A stretch of DNA of 64,000 nt from Chiloscyllium plagiosum. Taxonomy: Eukaryota. The notes under the pieces were generated by a model. It did not search any database, was not told the origin of the DNA, and worked only from the letters and a program-made list of their open reading frames with translations. The stretch is from the NCBI RefSeq assembly GCF_004010195.1, contig NC_057749.1:26828949-26892948 (forward strand), read 5' to 3'. Shown piece after piece: positions 39,780 to 52,300 of this stretch (position 1 is its first letter; each line of letters begins with the position of its first letter). Position numbers and translations under genes: made by a program.

Positions 39780-41330
39780 GTCAGGAGAAATGCTCACTCT
39801 CTCCTGCCTTGTTTGTTGCTATATATAGCCTTTTGCTGAGAACATCAGGAAGGATGCAAGCTAGAAAGGGTGATTATTTCAGGCAGTGGAGGCCTGTAGG
39901 TCAAAGCCTCCATATATACAGATGTGTCACTGTTTCCTGCTTAGATCTGCTGGCCATGCGCAGACTCATGACCATCTGCAACCAGTTTGAACTAGCCTCG
40001 GGAGCCAAGATAAATTGAAGCAAGAACGAAGCCATGTGCTGTGGGAACTGGGCCAACTGATTCTTTTTCCTAGATTATCTGAAAATGCTGGGAATATGGT
40101 TTAGAGGGGTCAGGGTGTGTGCAAAACCTTGGGATGTGCATATCATCAAGGTGAGACAGAAACTGGGCTTTTGGGAGCACCACTCCCTCTCCATTGCAAG
40201 TAAAAACCTGGTCTTCAGGTGTGAGATACTTTCTGTTGTTGTATATGGCACAGGTCTGGCCCATTCTCTGAACCTGTGCCATTGCAGTCATGTAGAAGTT
40301 TAAGATGGATGGGGAGAGGGGGAGAACACACACACGCTAAAGCTACCCTTATCCTGATGGACACCTTTGTGTGGTTGCATTAAGCTGCGCGCATATCCTG
40401 GGTACACAGGTGTCACAAGGTACTGAGGTTCTACCTGCCCTTTGTTGCAAAGGGTGGGACTATGCTCAGCGGCATGTAAAAACTGTTCTTTGTGGAGAAA
40501 ATTGCAAAGAAAAACACCTTTGACCACAAGTCCATCAGGAAGTGGTAGCATATAGCATCCTTGAGACCCTATGTGAAAAGGAGATGGTGGGTACTGTTGG
40601 GTTGTTCCCTGAGCAGATTGTCAAAGTCACTTGACAAGAATGCCTCATCACCAGAACTTCTGCTCAAGTGCCAAGACATCACTTGGCTGGTGGTGAGAAA
40701 GGCTCTACCTGTGAGATTATTCATGTACACCTTGACTCTGTGCACCATCATATGCTGCCCTCGAAGGGGCTGCAGTGGATAGAGACTATCACAAATCCCC
40801 GCTGGAATGTGCTTTTGTAAAGGAAGTCTGGAGAGGGATGCAGTGGTTTGTGCCCAGATTCATCCCGAGCAGCTCCATGAAACAGTACGCTGTGCTCTAT
40901 GGTCTGTTCCCCAGGACAAACCAAGACAAACACAGACTGCAACTGGAGGACCATCAACTACATGGAAGAACCTCTTTGATCTGTCCAAAACTTGTTAGTC
41001 TTCCGGAGCAAGGATGAGACCTCAACTGAGTGTTGCAAACTGGCACATTCCAATGTCCAGGACTACATGCTGAGAGCGCACTAAAGTTTAGGGCAGCAGC
41101 CGCCAAGGCACTGTGGGGAGAGATTACCTTCTAAGGCCTTTCTGCCAAAGTTATGTGGGGGTCCATTCAGTTATCAGACCCAAACGTATGTAAATATAGT
41201 CTTATATAAGCAAGAAATGCCTTTGGTTTGTTTGCTCTCCATATGTGAAGACAATAGAATGGAAGTGCTCGAGTGACCATGCATGTATTTCAAGTTTTTT
41301 TTATGAAAAAAGTATATTTTTGAAATTATG
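39780..41330 (+). mobile_element. Degenerate Tx1-clade non-LTR retrotransposon ORF2 3' half
   Basis: CSLSPALFV, FELASGAKIN, LGIWF, WEHHSLSIASKNLV, C-terminal CP..GC...ET..H...EC zinc-knuckle-like remnant; T/A-rich 3' end. Confidence 0.75.
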
Positions 41331-42407
41331 AAAGCTAAGTGGGAAGAGTGTTCTCATTGTTTTATGTCAGAGTGAAGTAGTCTGGGAAAGGTGGTGCTCA
41401 GTCAGTGTCACAAGGAAACAGTCTGAGAATGGTATGCTACTTGTTGGAAGAAACAAAGAGTGACATCACAGGAAAACCAGAGTGGTCTTACCCAATTGCA
41501 GGATTACAGGTTCCAAGGAAAAGAGCTGATTTGTAAGAACAGATAAGGTCAGGTAAATATTTACAACATCTATCGCTTATAGCTTGGGAAGTCTTCTTGT
41601 AGTTGACAGTTTCTAAGGGCTGTATTCTGTAGCAAGAAAGAACAGGAAAGAAAGGCCAAGAGAAATTGATATTATCTGATATTAAGCATCCTCCAAAGTG
41701 TTTAATTTAAAGGGGTAAGTTATGGAAGGAGAACCCAAAGCCCTGGTGTGCTCCGTCTGCTCAATGCGGTACATTTCCCAGTATATTTGCAGGAGGTGGC
41801 TCCTGCTGCTGCTCCTGGAAGCCTGGGTTTTGGAGCTAGTGCGGTGGCCTGGGACACCGTGTAGCATTCACAAAGCTGAGAATTGTAGATAGCATTTATA
41901 GAGAGATTGTCACACCACAGGATAAGATTCCACAGGCAGAAAGGGAATGCAGATGCTGGAAATCTGAAACAAAAATAGAAATTGCTGCAAAACCTCAGCA
42001 GGTCTGTCAACATCTGTGGAAAGAAAGCGGAGTTAAAATTTCAGGTCCAGTAACGATTCTTTAGAACTATGTTACCTCCAGGGTGCTAGGGTCAAGGATG
42101 TCTCAGAGTGGCTATAGGACATCTGGAAGGGATTGGTAAAAACAACATAGGTGAGAAAGGGTACAAGATCCTCATAGCAGAATATAGTGAGATCAGAAGC
42201 AAGCTGAAAAGTAGGATCTCAATAGCACATGCTAATCTGAGTAGAAATAGCAGGATATATTGGATGAATACGTAGCTAAAGAGATGGTGCACACAGGAGA
42301 GTTTCAGATTCCTGTGGCATTGAGACCAGTTCTGGGCGAGACAGGAACGTCAAGGAATATTCAATATTTAGAATGGGCAAACAGGAAAATGCAGTGGACT
42401 TGTATTA

Positions 42408-42742
42408 GAGTCATAGAGATGTACAGCGTGGAAACAGACCCTTCGGTCCAACACGTCCATGCCGACCAGATATCCCAACCCAATCTAGACCCACCTGCCA
42501 GCACCTGGTACATATCCCTCCAAACCCTTCCTATTCATATACCTATCCAGATGTCTTTTAAATGTTGCAATTGTACCCTCCACCACCTCCTCAGGCAGCT
42601 CATTCCATACATGTACCACCCCCTTCACGAAAAAATTGCCCCTTAAGTCTCTTTTATATCTTTCCCCTCTCACCTAAACTGATGCCCTCTTGTCCGGGAC
42701 TCCCCCACCCCAGGGAAAAGTCTTTGTCTATTTATCCTATCC
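42408..42742 (-). mobile_element. CR1 3' end
   Basis: ctctatga tail; WNELPEEVVE...FKRHLDRYM. Confidence 0.85.
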
Positions 42743-43297
42743 ATGAAGTTGATTTTATTCTTTAACTTGTATATCCCTACTTTGTTTTCCATTCATTCTT
42801 TCTGATTATTACAATGTCATTTTACCATTCTTTCATGTTTCTTGCTTTATTAATATTCCAGAGCCCTCTCGCTTGCTGAGATACTGCTTGTGGAGCTTTG
42901 GTAATAATTAGCTCAAGCAGTGTAGGCTCCATGTAATAGAAGGAGTAAAAAACATTAGTAGGGATGGTATATAGATCACCAAATTCCAGTGGCAATGTTG
43001 AGTGTGACATTAAACAGGAAGTCAGAGCTGCATGCACTAAAGGAACGTCTGGAACTGTGGCTGACTTCAATCTGCATATAGATGGAGTGAATCAAATTAG
43101 TCACAATACAATGGAGGACGAATTCCTTAAGTTCCAAATGGGATAGTTTTCTTGTCCAATATGTTGTGGAACAACTGGAGAACAGCTTAAATTTGGTATT
43201 ACACAATGAGAAAAGAATAATTGGTAACATTGTTGTGAGAGACTCCTTGGGAATGAGTGACCACAATATGATAGAATTCTTCATCAAAGTAGGCAAT

Positions 43298-43602
43298 TAC
43301 ATTTTTACATTACATTACAGTGTGGAAACAGGCCCAACAAGTCCACACCGACCCGCCGAAGCGAAACCCACCCATACCCCTACATTTACCCCTTACCTAA
43401 CACTACGGGCAATTTAGTATGGCCAATTCACCTGGCCCTGCACATCTTTGGACTGTGGGAGGAAACCGGAGCACCCGGAGGAAACCCACGCAGACACAGG
43501 GAGATCATGCAAACTCCACAGTCAGTCGCCTGAGGCGGGAATTGAACCCGGGTCTCTGGCGCTGTGAGGCAGCAGTGCTAATCGCTGTGCCACCGTGCCG
43601 CC
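43298..43602 (-). mobile_element. HE1-type SINE
   Basis: Near-identical to 6989-7301. Confidence 0.9.
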
Positions 43603-43690
43603 CACTTAAGTAGTTAATTCTGAGACTGGGATCCTAACTCTTAATAAGGGAAACTACAGTGGTAGGAGTAGTTGACTATAATGGATCAGG

Positions 43691-43895
43691 GCTGAAAATG
43701 TGTTGCTGGAAAAGCGCAGCAGGTCAGGCAGCATCCAGGGAACAGGAGAATCGACGTTTCGGGCATAAGCCCTTCTTCAGGAATGCCCGAAACGTCGATT
43801 CTCCTGTTCCCTGGATGCTGCCTGACCTGCTGCGCTTTTCCAGCAACACATTTTCAGCTCTGATCTCCAACATCTGCAGACCTCACTTTCTCCTC
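43691..43895. mobile_element. Palindromic PLE-terminus insertion with 15-bp TSD; hammerhead motif on the minus strand at 43753-43780
   Basis: 76-bp perfect inverted arms 43691-43766 and 43783-43858; ctataatggatcagg at 43676-43690 and 43896-43910. Confidence 0.9.
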
Positions 43896-45969
43896 CTATA
43901 ATGGATCAGGAAATGTTACTAAAAGGAATGACAATGGATAGGCAATGGCAAACATTCATAGAGCAAATTGGTGAACTATAAAAATTGTTTAGTTCTTTCT
44001 GGCAAAGAGAACAGTGGCCAAATCATACCTCACGAGGGAGTTGGAGATAGAATAGATTTAAGAAAAAGCAACAGACCTGAAGAATGGGAACAATTTAAAA
44101 GTCAGCTGAGGAGGACCAAGGGATTGATTAAGAGGGCAAAAATGGTATTAGATTAAGCTTGTGGGGAACACAAGAACCAGCTGTATAAGTTTCCACGTAA
44201 AAAGAAAATTAGTAAAAACTAATGTAGGTCCCTTACAGTCAGATATGGGGGAATTTACCAGGGGGAACAAAGAAATGGATGATGAACTAAATTCATATTT
44301 CATGGCTGTCTTTACAAAGGAGGAAACAAACAATGTACCAGGAATGATGAGCTTTAGGTGAGAGGAGAAACTGAAATAAATCTGTATTAGTAGAGAAATG
44401 GTGGTCACAGGAATTGAAGGCTGATTGAAGGCTGATAAATCCACAGGACCTGATAATCTATATCCTAGAGTACCTAAGGAAGTGTCCCTAGAAATAGTAG
44501 AAACCTTGGTGATCATCTTCCAAGATTATTTAGACTCTCGAAGAGTTCCTATAGAATTGAGGGTAGCAAATGTAACCCCAGTAATTAAAAAATGGGAAGT
44601 GGAGAGAAAATAGGGAATTATAGACCAGTGAGCATGACTTTGATAGTGGGGAAGATAGAACACTTAGAAAACAGTGATAGAATAAGACAGAATCACATGG
44701 ATTCAAAAAAGGGAAATCATGCTTGACAAATCTACTAGAATTCTTCAAGGATGTATCTAGCAGAGTTGATCAGGGGAGCAAGTGGATGTGTTTTATTTGG
44801 ACGTTCAGAGGTTTTGATAAAGTCCTACATAAGAGATTAATGTGTAAAATTAAAGCACATTGGATTGGAGGTACTGTGTTGAGATGAATAGAAAATTAGC
44901 TAGTAGACAGGAAACAAAAGTAGGAATAAATAGAGGCAGCCAGTGACTAGTGAGATATGGCAAGGATCATGACGAGGATCCCAGCAATTCACAATATATG
45001 TTCATGATTTAGATGAGAGAATTAAACATAATATCTCAAAAGCTGGAGATGAATATGCATACATCAACATTTAAAATTGAAAAGACCTTAACTATGTACC
45101 AGAGTCTCACTAGACAGCTGGTTCCATGCAGACTTTGCAGAAAATACAGTGGAATTTTGACATCCCTCATTACAACTTTGATTCAGTTGCAACATAAAAG
45201 GCAGTTTCCAAACATGAAACTACTTACATTCCCATTAAGGTTGTGAGGTTTTCTCAAAACATAACAGACCTCTTTGTTAAATTTTGACAGAAAGACCTTA
45301 GATGGTGGTCTTTCCCCACTGCACCTTGACTCTGTCTATGATGACCTGCCTAAGGGACGGGGCCAAAAGGGACCAAGCGGGATCTCACTTCATCTCACCA
45401 TGATGTTGACTGAACCTGCCATGGATTCCATACCTCATTTGTCCCTCTCAGTGATGCTGATCACCTGTTTGTGGTCCTCATCCTTGCCCACTTTTGTCAA
45501 TGATGCTGACTGCCTGCCAGGCACAGGGTCCTCATCTTGCTCACTCTGCTCAGAGATACTGATTCTTTACCACAGGCTCTCATCTCACTAGTTCCTCTCT
45601 ATTCATTCACTATTTATAATTCCAATCACATTGCAGTCACATAACTTCTTCCCATCACTCTCACTTGTTCTTCCCCACACAAATCAAATTCCTTTCGGAA
45701 CTTCCACAGTCCGCTCTCTGGCCAGCCTAATTTGGAGGAAAATAAGTATTAAGTGATCAGGCTTAATGTTGTAGCATTAATCAAGTAATCTGAAACCTTA
45801 CCCAGCAGACTGCAAGTGAACATTTTATAAATATTCTAAATAGAAGTAAAAGGTCAAACATGGAGGCAGGGCTCAACCTTGTATTCAAAGCTACAAGGTA
45901 TCATGCTTTGAATGCTATCATAGATTTTAAGTAACAGCCTGATTTCACACCCTGGTGTGTCAGAAATAA

Positions 45970-46425
45970 CATAGTCATAGAGATGTACAGCACGGCAACA
46001 GACCCTTCAGTCCAACTCGTACATGACAACCAGATATCCTGAACTAATCCAGTCCCATTTGCTAGCACTTGGTCCATATCCCTCTGAACCTGTCCTAGTT
46101 ATATACCCATCCAAATACCTTTTAAACGTTATAATTGTACCAGCCTCCACCATTTCCTCGGGCAGCTCATTCCATACACACACCACCCTCTGCATGAAAA
46201 GGTTGCCCCTTTGGTCCCTTTTAAATTTTCCCTTCTCACCCTAAACCTATGCCCTCTAGTTCTGGACTTCCCCATCCCAGGGAAAATACCTTGTCTATTT
46301 ACCCTATCGATGCCCCTCATGAATTTATAAACCTGACGGTCACCCCTCAGCCTCCGAAGCTCCAGGGAAAACAGCCCCAGCCTATTCAGTCTCTCCTCAT
46401 AGCTCAAACCCTCCAACCCTGGCAA
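45970..46425 (-). mobile_element. CR1 3' end
   Basis: [22 protein letters not shown]; 3' tail. Confidence 0.85.
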
Positions 46426-47052
46426 TACAAAAAAGAAGTCTGAAATGAAGAGGGAAAACACACAAACATTTAATGCATTATAAATGAATAAATATAAACA
46501 ATGATAATTTCACTTTAAAATTGAAAAAGTCTTTGAAAATATATACTCCATCAACTTTCTTTGCTAAGACCATGCTTTATAGTTACAAAAATCAATCCTG
46601 TTATGTGAATATGCTCGATTATCCCACCTACCCCACCTCTGAAGCAGGTGAAAAGTATCATGGGCCTGATTTTCTGAGGAATGGCAATGTTCCACAGATT
46701 ATCACTCCATCCCTTCATTTTTGTTGAAAGAAAGGAGCTCCACATTTCTGAGAGGAGTAAGATGCCAAGTGATTGGTGGGTTGCGGGAATTGGGCGATGA
46801 GTGAGGCAAGGCATGTAGGATCCCAGAGAGGCAGTCAGGTACTAGGGAGCAGGGCTCAAAATTTGGGTTCCCGGGCAAGGGTGGGACATTGGTTTTGGCA
46901 GGTCAGGGTCTGGAAGTAAATGGTCTAGAGTTCTGTAGGTGATCTATGTTAGCATACGTATTGTCTAGCTAACAGAAATCTGTGTCTATGATGAAAACCT
47001 GGGTCTTGTGGGATTTCCAAAACCCTGATATCTATTGCTGCGTCCAACTTAC

Positions 47053-47111
47053 ATTGTCAAATCTTCACACGTGAGATGATACTGTAATCTATTTATTTCT
47101 TCTTTCAATCC
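47053..47111 (-). CDS. KASH5: Exon 4 of KASH5-like gene; GLKEEINRLQYHLTCEDLT(I)
   Basis: cttcctttttcacccaacacag| acceptor, AT|gtaagt donor, 59 nt, phase 0-2. Resembles KASH5 'ELRLEISRLEEQLSQ' (memory); phase matches the next exon. Confidence 0.8.
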
Positions 47112-47149
47112 CTGTGTTGGGTGAAAAAGGAAGAACATTTATTTAAGAC

Positions 47150-47860
47150 CATAGAGTCATACAGCAAGGAAACAGACCCTTCGATCCAACCAGTCCATGC
47201 TTACAAACCTTCACTATTCATGTACTTATTCAAATGTTATTTAAATGTTGGAACTGCACCTGCATCCATTACTTCCTCTGGTACGCGCCATGTAAAAAAA
47301 AGGTCCTCATGTCCTTTATAAATTTTTCTCTTCTCACCTTAAAAATATGCCCCCTTGTTTTGAAATCCCCCACTCTATGAAACAGACCCTTGTTATTCAC
47401 CTTATTTTATACTTTTATACTTAACCTCCAGTGAAGAAAGTCCCATTCTTTCCAGTCTGTTTTTATACCTCAAACCCTCCATTCCCAGCAATATCCTAGT
47501 AAATCTTTTCTGAAGCCACTCCACTTGTCCTTCCCATAACAGGACAACAAACAGCATGGTAGCTCAGTGGTTAGCACTGCTACCTCACAGCTCCAGGGAC
47601 CCAGGTTCAATCCAGCATTGGGTCATTGTGTGGTGTTTGCACATTCTCTCTATGGTGCTATTTCCTCTCACAGTCCAAATATCTATAGGTTAAGTGGACT
47701 GCCCCACAATGTCCAAGGATGTGTAGGCTAGGTGGATTAACCATGGCAAATACAGGGTTATGGGATAAGTTGGGGGTCTGGGTCTGGGTAGGATGCTCTT
47801 GGAGGGTCGGTAGAGACTTGATTGGCAGAATCGCATCTTTCCGCACTGCATGGATTCTAT
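47150..47860. mobile_element. CR1 3' remnant (minus, about 47150-47540) followed by a decayed HE1-type SINE (plus, about 47554-47860)
   Basis: TGGTAGCTCAGTGGTTAGCACTGCTACCTCACAG head; CR1 tail signature. Confidence 0.75.
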
Positions 47861-48433
47861 AATTCTATGAAAAGAAATTTGATTAGCTTCTGTGGTGTCA
47901 TTTGAATTCACTTCCCTAGGGGGTCAGCCTGAGTCAGTGACATTACTACTGCATCACCACCGTCCTAGGGAACTGTTAGCTGCCAAGCTGTGTTTGAATT
48001 GAAACCAGGCCAGTTAACACTGATTGGTCAAGACAATGAAGCAGAGGATGGAATAAGGAATGGTTGTTCTCCTAGCTTTGTTCTCCCAGCCACAGCATTC
48101 TCCATGGGTAAGTCTCTACCACTCAGAATGCACTTATGAATGAATCAGCATCATTTTTCTCATCTTGAATAAATCCCTATTCCCTTTGAGATTCAGTATT
48201 CTTGCAATTCTGTCCTGAAGAGTGCATAAAAAAAGACTTTGACGGCATGTCATTGCTTTCCAGGAATACTCAAGAATGTCTATTTGTTATAAACTATGTA
48301 TCAATTCTTTAAATGCTGTCCACTATTTGTCCAATCTTTAATATAGATTCCCAAGCTAGCAGCCAATTTACTACTCACACTTTCATAGTTTCCTTTGTTT
48401 AGATTTAATACACCCCACTTTTAAATTGAACTA

Positions 48434-48573
48434 CAAAGGAACCTCGATTATCCAAACGACACAGGCGGGGAGAATTGTGATTGGATAATCAAATGCCGGA
48501 TTACAGTTTAGCCAAGCATTGGGACATTGCGATCTTGTTCAGATAATTGAATGTTGGATAAGAGGTTCCTCTG
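48434..48573. mobile_element. Tigger-type MITE
   Basis: TA|CAAAGGAACCTCGATTATCC ... GGATAAGAGGTTCCTCTG|TA: terminal inverted repeats with TA TSD. Confidence 0.8.
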
Positions 48574-49381
48574 TACAGCACTTTCAAACATAGTGAAAAA
48601 TTCTAACATATTTCTCGAGGCTCATTTACAACAAGATTATTTATTACCCCATTCTCACTGCACATTACTTGATCAAAGCTTATATACTGATAAGACCTTA
48701 AATTATCTCGGGGCAGTGACCTGAAAGAAATCCTGGGATTTACATAAAATCAATCGAAACCTGGAGCCCCATTCTAAGTAAGTAAAGAATTAACAGCCAT
48801 CTAGGTTTGTCGAATACAATATATCAGATGCATGACATTTTGATCTTTTACTTATAAATTCTGTGTCCAATGTATCCTGCCCCATTGGCTACGTGATGAA
48901 GGAGCAACGCTCTTAAAGCTTGTACTTTCAAATAAACCTGTCGGATGATAACCTGGTGTCATGTGATTTTCAACTTGATCTAAAATAGCCTATTCTCTGA
49001 TTAGTTGTTCAACATACTGTTCTAAAAAAACTAGCTTGTATGCATTCCAGGAACTGTCCTTTCTAGCTTTATAGGCTAATCTAGTCAATATGAAGATTGA
49101 AACTTCTCATGGTTAAATCTAACACTCAGATGAAAAAAAAATGATCTTCTTTTAGCAACCTTGATGGATTAGCTATATATTTTCAATGTTCTCTAGTCTT
49201 ATTTTAGACTAGTACAACTTTGGTTTTGATCGTCACAGGTCTAATTAAGTCTTCTGTCATTATGAACATGTCTCAAAATGCTTCAACTGCAACCATATCA
49301 GTCCTGATGTGAAATAAATATTTTCATTTTAGTTTTTTTTTTAAGTACTTGCTGATCTTTTGTACTTTGGGATTATTTTAC

Positions 49382-49441
49382 CTTAATGATGTTATTATAT
49401 TCATCCACAGTTGATTTCAGTTCTTCTGACTGGTTTATTTT
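49382..49441 (-). CDS. KASH5: Exon 3 of KASH5-like gene; KINQSEELKSTVDEYNNIIK
   Basis: ctattttacag| acceptor, AAG|gtaaaa donor, 60 nt; only the phase-0 frame is open. Resembles KASH5 'RTRDVESLAQTLEEYRVTTQ' (memory). Confidence 0.78.
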
Positions 49442-49580
49442 CTGTAAAATAGTAATAGAAAGCCATCTCAAAGCACAATGAAGTCGACTAGTCTATATGA
49501 CCATTTATATGCTAAAGCACTTGAGAAACTTTAAAATCTATCTGAATCTAATTTAACAGCCATGGATAAAAAGTTATACA

Positions 49581-51036
49581 GTCATAGAGTCATAGACAGG
49601 TAAGCATGGAAACATAGAACATAGCACATTACAGCGCAGTACAGGCCCTTCGGCCCTCGATGTTACGCTGACTTGTCATAACAATCTGAAGCCCATCTAA
49701 CCTACATTATTCCATGTATGTCCATATGCTTGTCCAATGTCGACTTAAATGTACTTAAAGTTGGCGAAACTACTACTGTTGCAGGCAAAGTATTCCACAC
49801 CCTTACTACTCTCTAAGTAAAGAAACTACCTCTGACATCTGTCCTATATCTATCACCCCTCAATTTAAAGCTCCCTCATGCTCGTTGTCACCATACTTGG
49901 AAAAAGGCTCTCCCTGTCCACCCTATCTAACCCTCTGATTATCTTATATGTCTCTATTAAGTCACCTCTCAACCTTCTTCTCTCAAGTCCCTCAGCCTTT
50001 CCTCGTTAAGACCTTCCCTCCGTACCAGGCAACATCCTAGCAAATCTCCTCTGCACCCTTTCCAAAGCTTCCACATCCTTCTTATAATGCGGTGACCAGA
50101 ACTGTACACAATACTCCAAGTGCGGCCACACCAGAGTTTTGTACAGCTGCAGCATAACCTCATGGTTCCAGAACTCGATCCCTCTATTAATAAAAGTTAA
50201 AATACTGTATGCCTTCTTAACAACCCTGTCAACCTGGATGGCAACTTTCAAGGATCTGTGTACATGGACACCAAGATCTCTCTGCTCATCCACACTACCA
50301 AGAGTGTTACCATTAGCCCAGTACTTTGCATTCCGGTTACTCCGATCAAAGTGAATCACCTCACACTTGTCCATATTAAACTCCATTTGCCAGCTCGCAG
50401 CTTATCTATGTCTCTCTGTAAAGAACTCAATAAGGTTTGTGAGGCACGACCTACCCTTCACAAAACCGTGCTGACTATCCCTAATCAAATTATTCTTTTC
50501 TAGATGATTATAAATTCTATCTCTTATAAGCTTTTCCAACACTTTACCAACAACTGAAGTAAGGCTCACTGGTCTATAATTACCAGCGTTGTCTTGACTC
50601 CCCTTCTTGAACAGGGGAACCACATTTGCTATCCTCCAGTCTTCTGGCACTATTCCTGTAGAAAATGACAATTTAAAGATCAATGCCAAAGGCTCGGCAA
50701 TCCCCTCTCTGACTTCCCAGAGGATCCTAGGATAAATCCCATCCGGCCCAGGGGACTTCGGTCCAACTCGTACATGCCGATCAGATATCCCAATCCAATC
50801 TAGTCCCACCTGCCAGCACCTGGTCCATATCCCTCCAGACCTTTCCTATTCATATACCCATCCAGATGCCTTTTAAATGTTGCAATTGTATTAGCCTGCA
50901 TCACTTCCTCTGGCAGCTCATTCCATACACATACCACCTTCTGCGTGAAAAAATTGCCCCTTAGGTCTTTTTTATATCTTTCCTCTCTCACCCTAAACCT
51001 ATGCCCTCTAGTTCTGGACTCCTCCACCCCAGGGAA
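49581..51036 (-). mobile_element. CR1 (about 49613-50756, internally deleted) nested in the 3' tail of another CR1 3' fragment
   Basis: KSPGPDGIYPRIL, NYRPVSLTSVVGK, HGFVKGRSCLTNL, PHLEYCVQFWSP; the host CR1 tail is split at 49613/50757. Confidence 0.88.
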
Positions 51037-51354
51037 ATGAAGTTGATTCTGTTCTTTAAAGCATATCCATACTTTGTTTTCCATTCATTCTTTCTGATTA
51101 TTATAATGGCATTTTACCACTCTTTCATGTTTCTTGCTTAATTAATATTCCAGAACCCTCTTGCTAACTGAGATGCTTCTTGTGCAGCTTTGCAACCACT
51201 GTAAAAGGATTCTACTCTTGAATCCAATGTCCAGTTTGACAAATTCCATTGTCCACTATCCAATATGTCAAGATCCCTGTTTTAATAAGATCATCTGTGA
51301 TTTTTCTAAACTCCAAAAGGTATAGGCTGACTGGCTCAATTGTTTTTAAGGTAA

Positions 51355-52300
51355 TGCCAGAGATGAGGGAGTTGCATTACTGGTTAGGGACCATATCACA
51401 GCTGTGTTGAGGGAGGATACCTGGAGGGATCTTGCAGTGAGACATTAGAGTTCAGGTATCGGAAGGGTGCAGCCACAATGCTAGAATTGTACCACAGACC
51501 TCCCAACTGTCAGCAGGAAATAGAGGAAGAGATATGTAGGCAGATTCTGTAAAGATATGAAAATAACAGGGTTGTTGTGGTGGTGATACTGACTGAGGCT
51601 CTCTTAGTGCCAGGGGTTTGGATGGGAAGCAATTTGTTAGGTAGATCTGGCGGGGTGGGGAGTTCAAACAGTACGTGCATGGAGCTGATATTGGGAATTG
51701 AGCCCAGCTAAGTGATCAAAGTTTCAGTGGGGGAGCATTTTGGGAATAGTAACCATAATTTTGTAAGATTTTGGATACTTATGGCTAAGGACAAGAATAG
51801 ACCTCAGATGAAGATGTTAAACTGTGGAAAGGCCAACTATAACCAAATTAGACAAGAATTGGAGAATCTGGATTAGGAGCGGCGGTTTGTGGGTAAATCC
51901 ATATCTGACATATGGTAGTCTTTTAAAGACCAGTTATAAGAGTGCAGGGAAGGCACGTTCCTCTGAATATGAAGGACATGAATGGCAGAATTCAGGAATC
52001 TGGGATGACAGGGGAAATTATCAGTGTCATCAGAAAAAAGGAGGCATACCTAAGGTCTAGGCAACTAAAAAAATAGCCAAAGTCCTTGAAGAATATAAAG
52101 TAGGAAGGAGTTCAAAGGATAAGTTAGAAGGGATAAAAGGAGCCATGAAATGTCCTTGGTCAGCAGATTCAAGGAGTATCCCAAGACATTTTGTACATAT
52201 ATTAGGAGCAAGAGGGTAGATGGGGAAAGAGTAGTCCACTCAAGGATAAAGGAGGGAGGCTATGTGTGAAGCAGATGAAGTGAGTGAGATCCTTAATTTT
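51355..52300 (+). mobile_element. Decayed CR1 endonuclease region
   Basis: Nucleotide similarity to 7340-8290. Confidence 0.75.

Larger units (their letters stand above)
41690..45040 (+). mobile_element. Highly decayed near full-length CR1 (ORF1 zinc finger + SGNH esterase, ORF2) with nested inserts
   Basis: MEGEPKALVCSVCSM, PGARVKDVSE, VYRSPNSS, DFNLHID, LGMSDHNMIEF, KADKSTGPDNLYPRV, HGFKKGKSCLTNLLEFF. Confidence 0.8.

Noticed and set aside
45228..45335. Candidate minus-strand exon ending at a gtaagt donor
   Set aside because: No pyrimidine tract, and phase 0-0 does not fit the phase-2 intron it lies in.
49160..49303. Acceptor-like site just downstream of exon 3
   Set aside because: Stops in all three frames.
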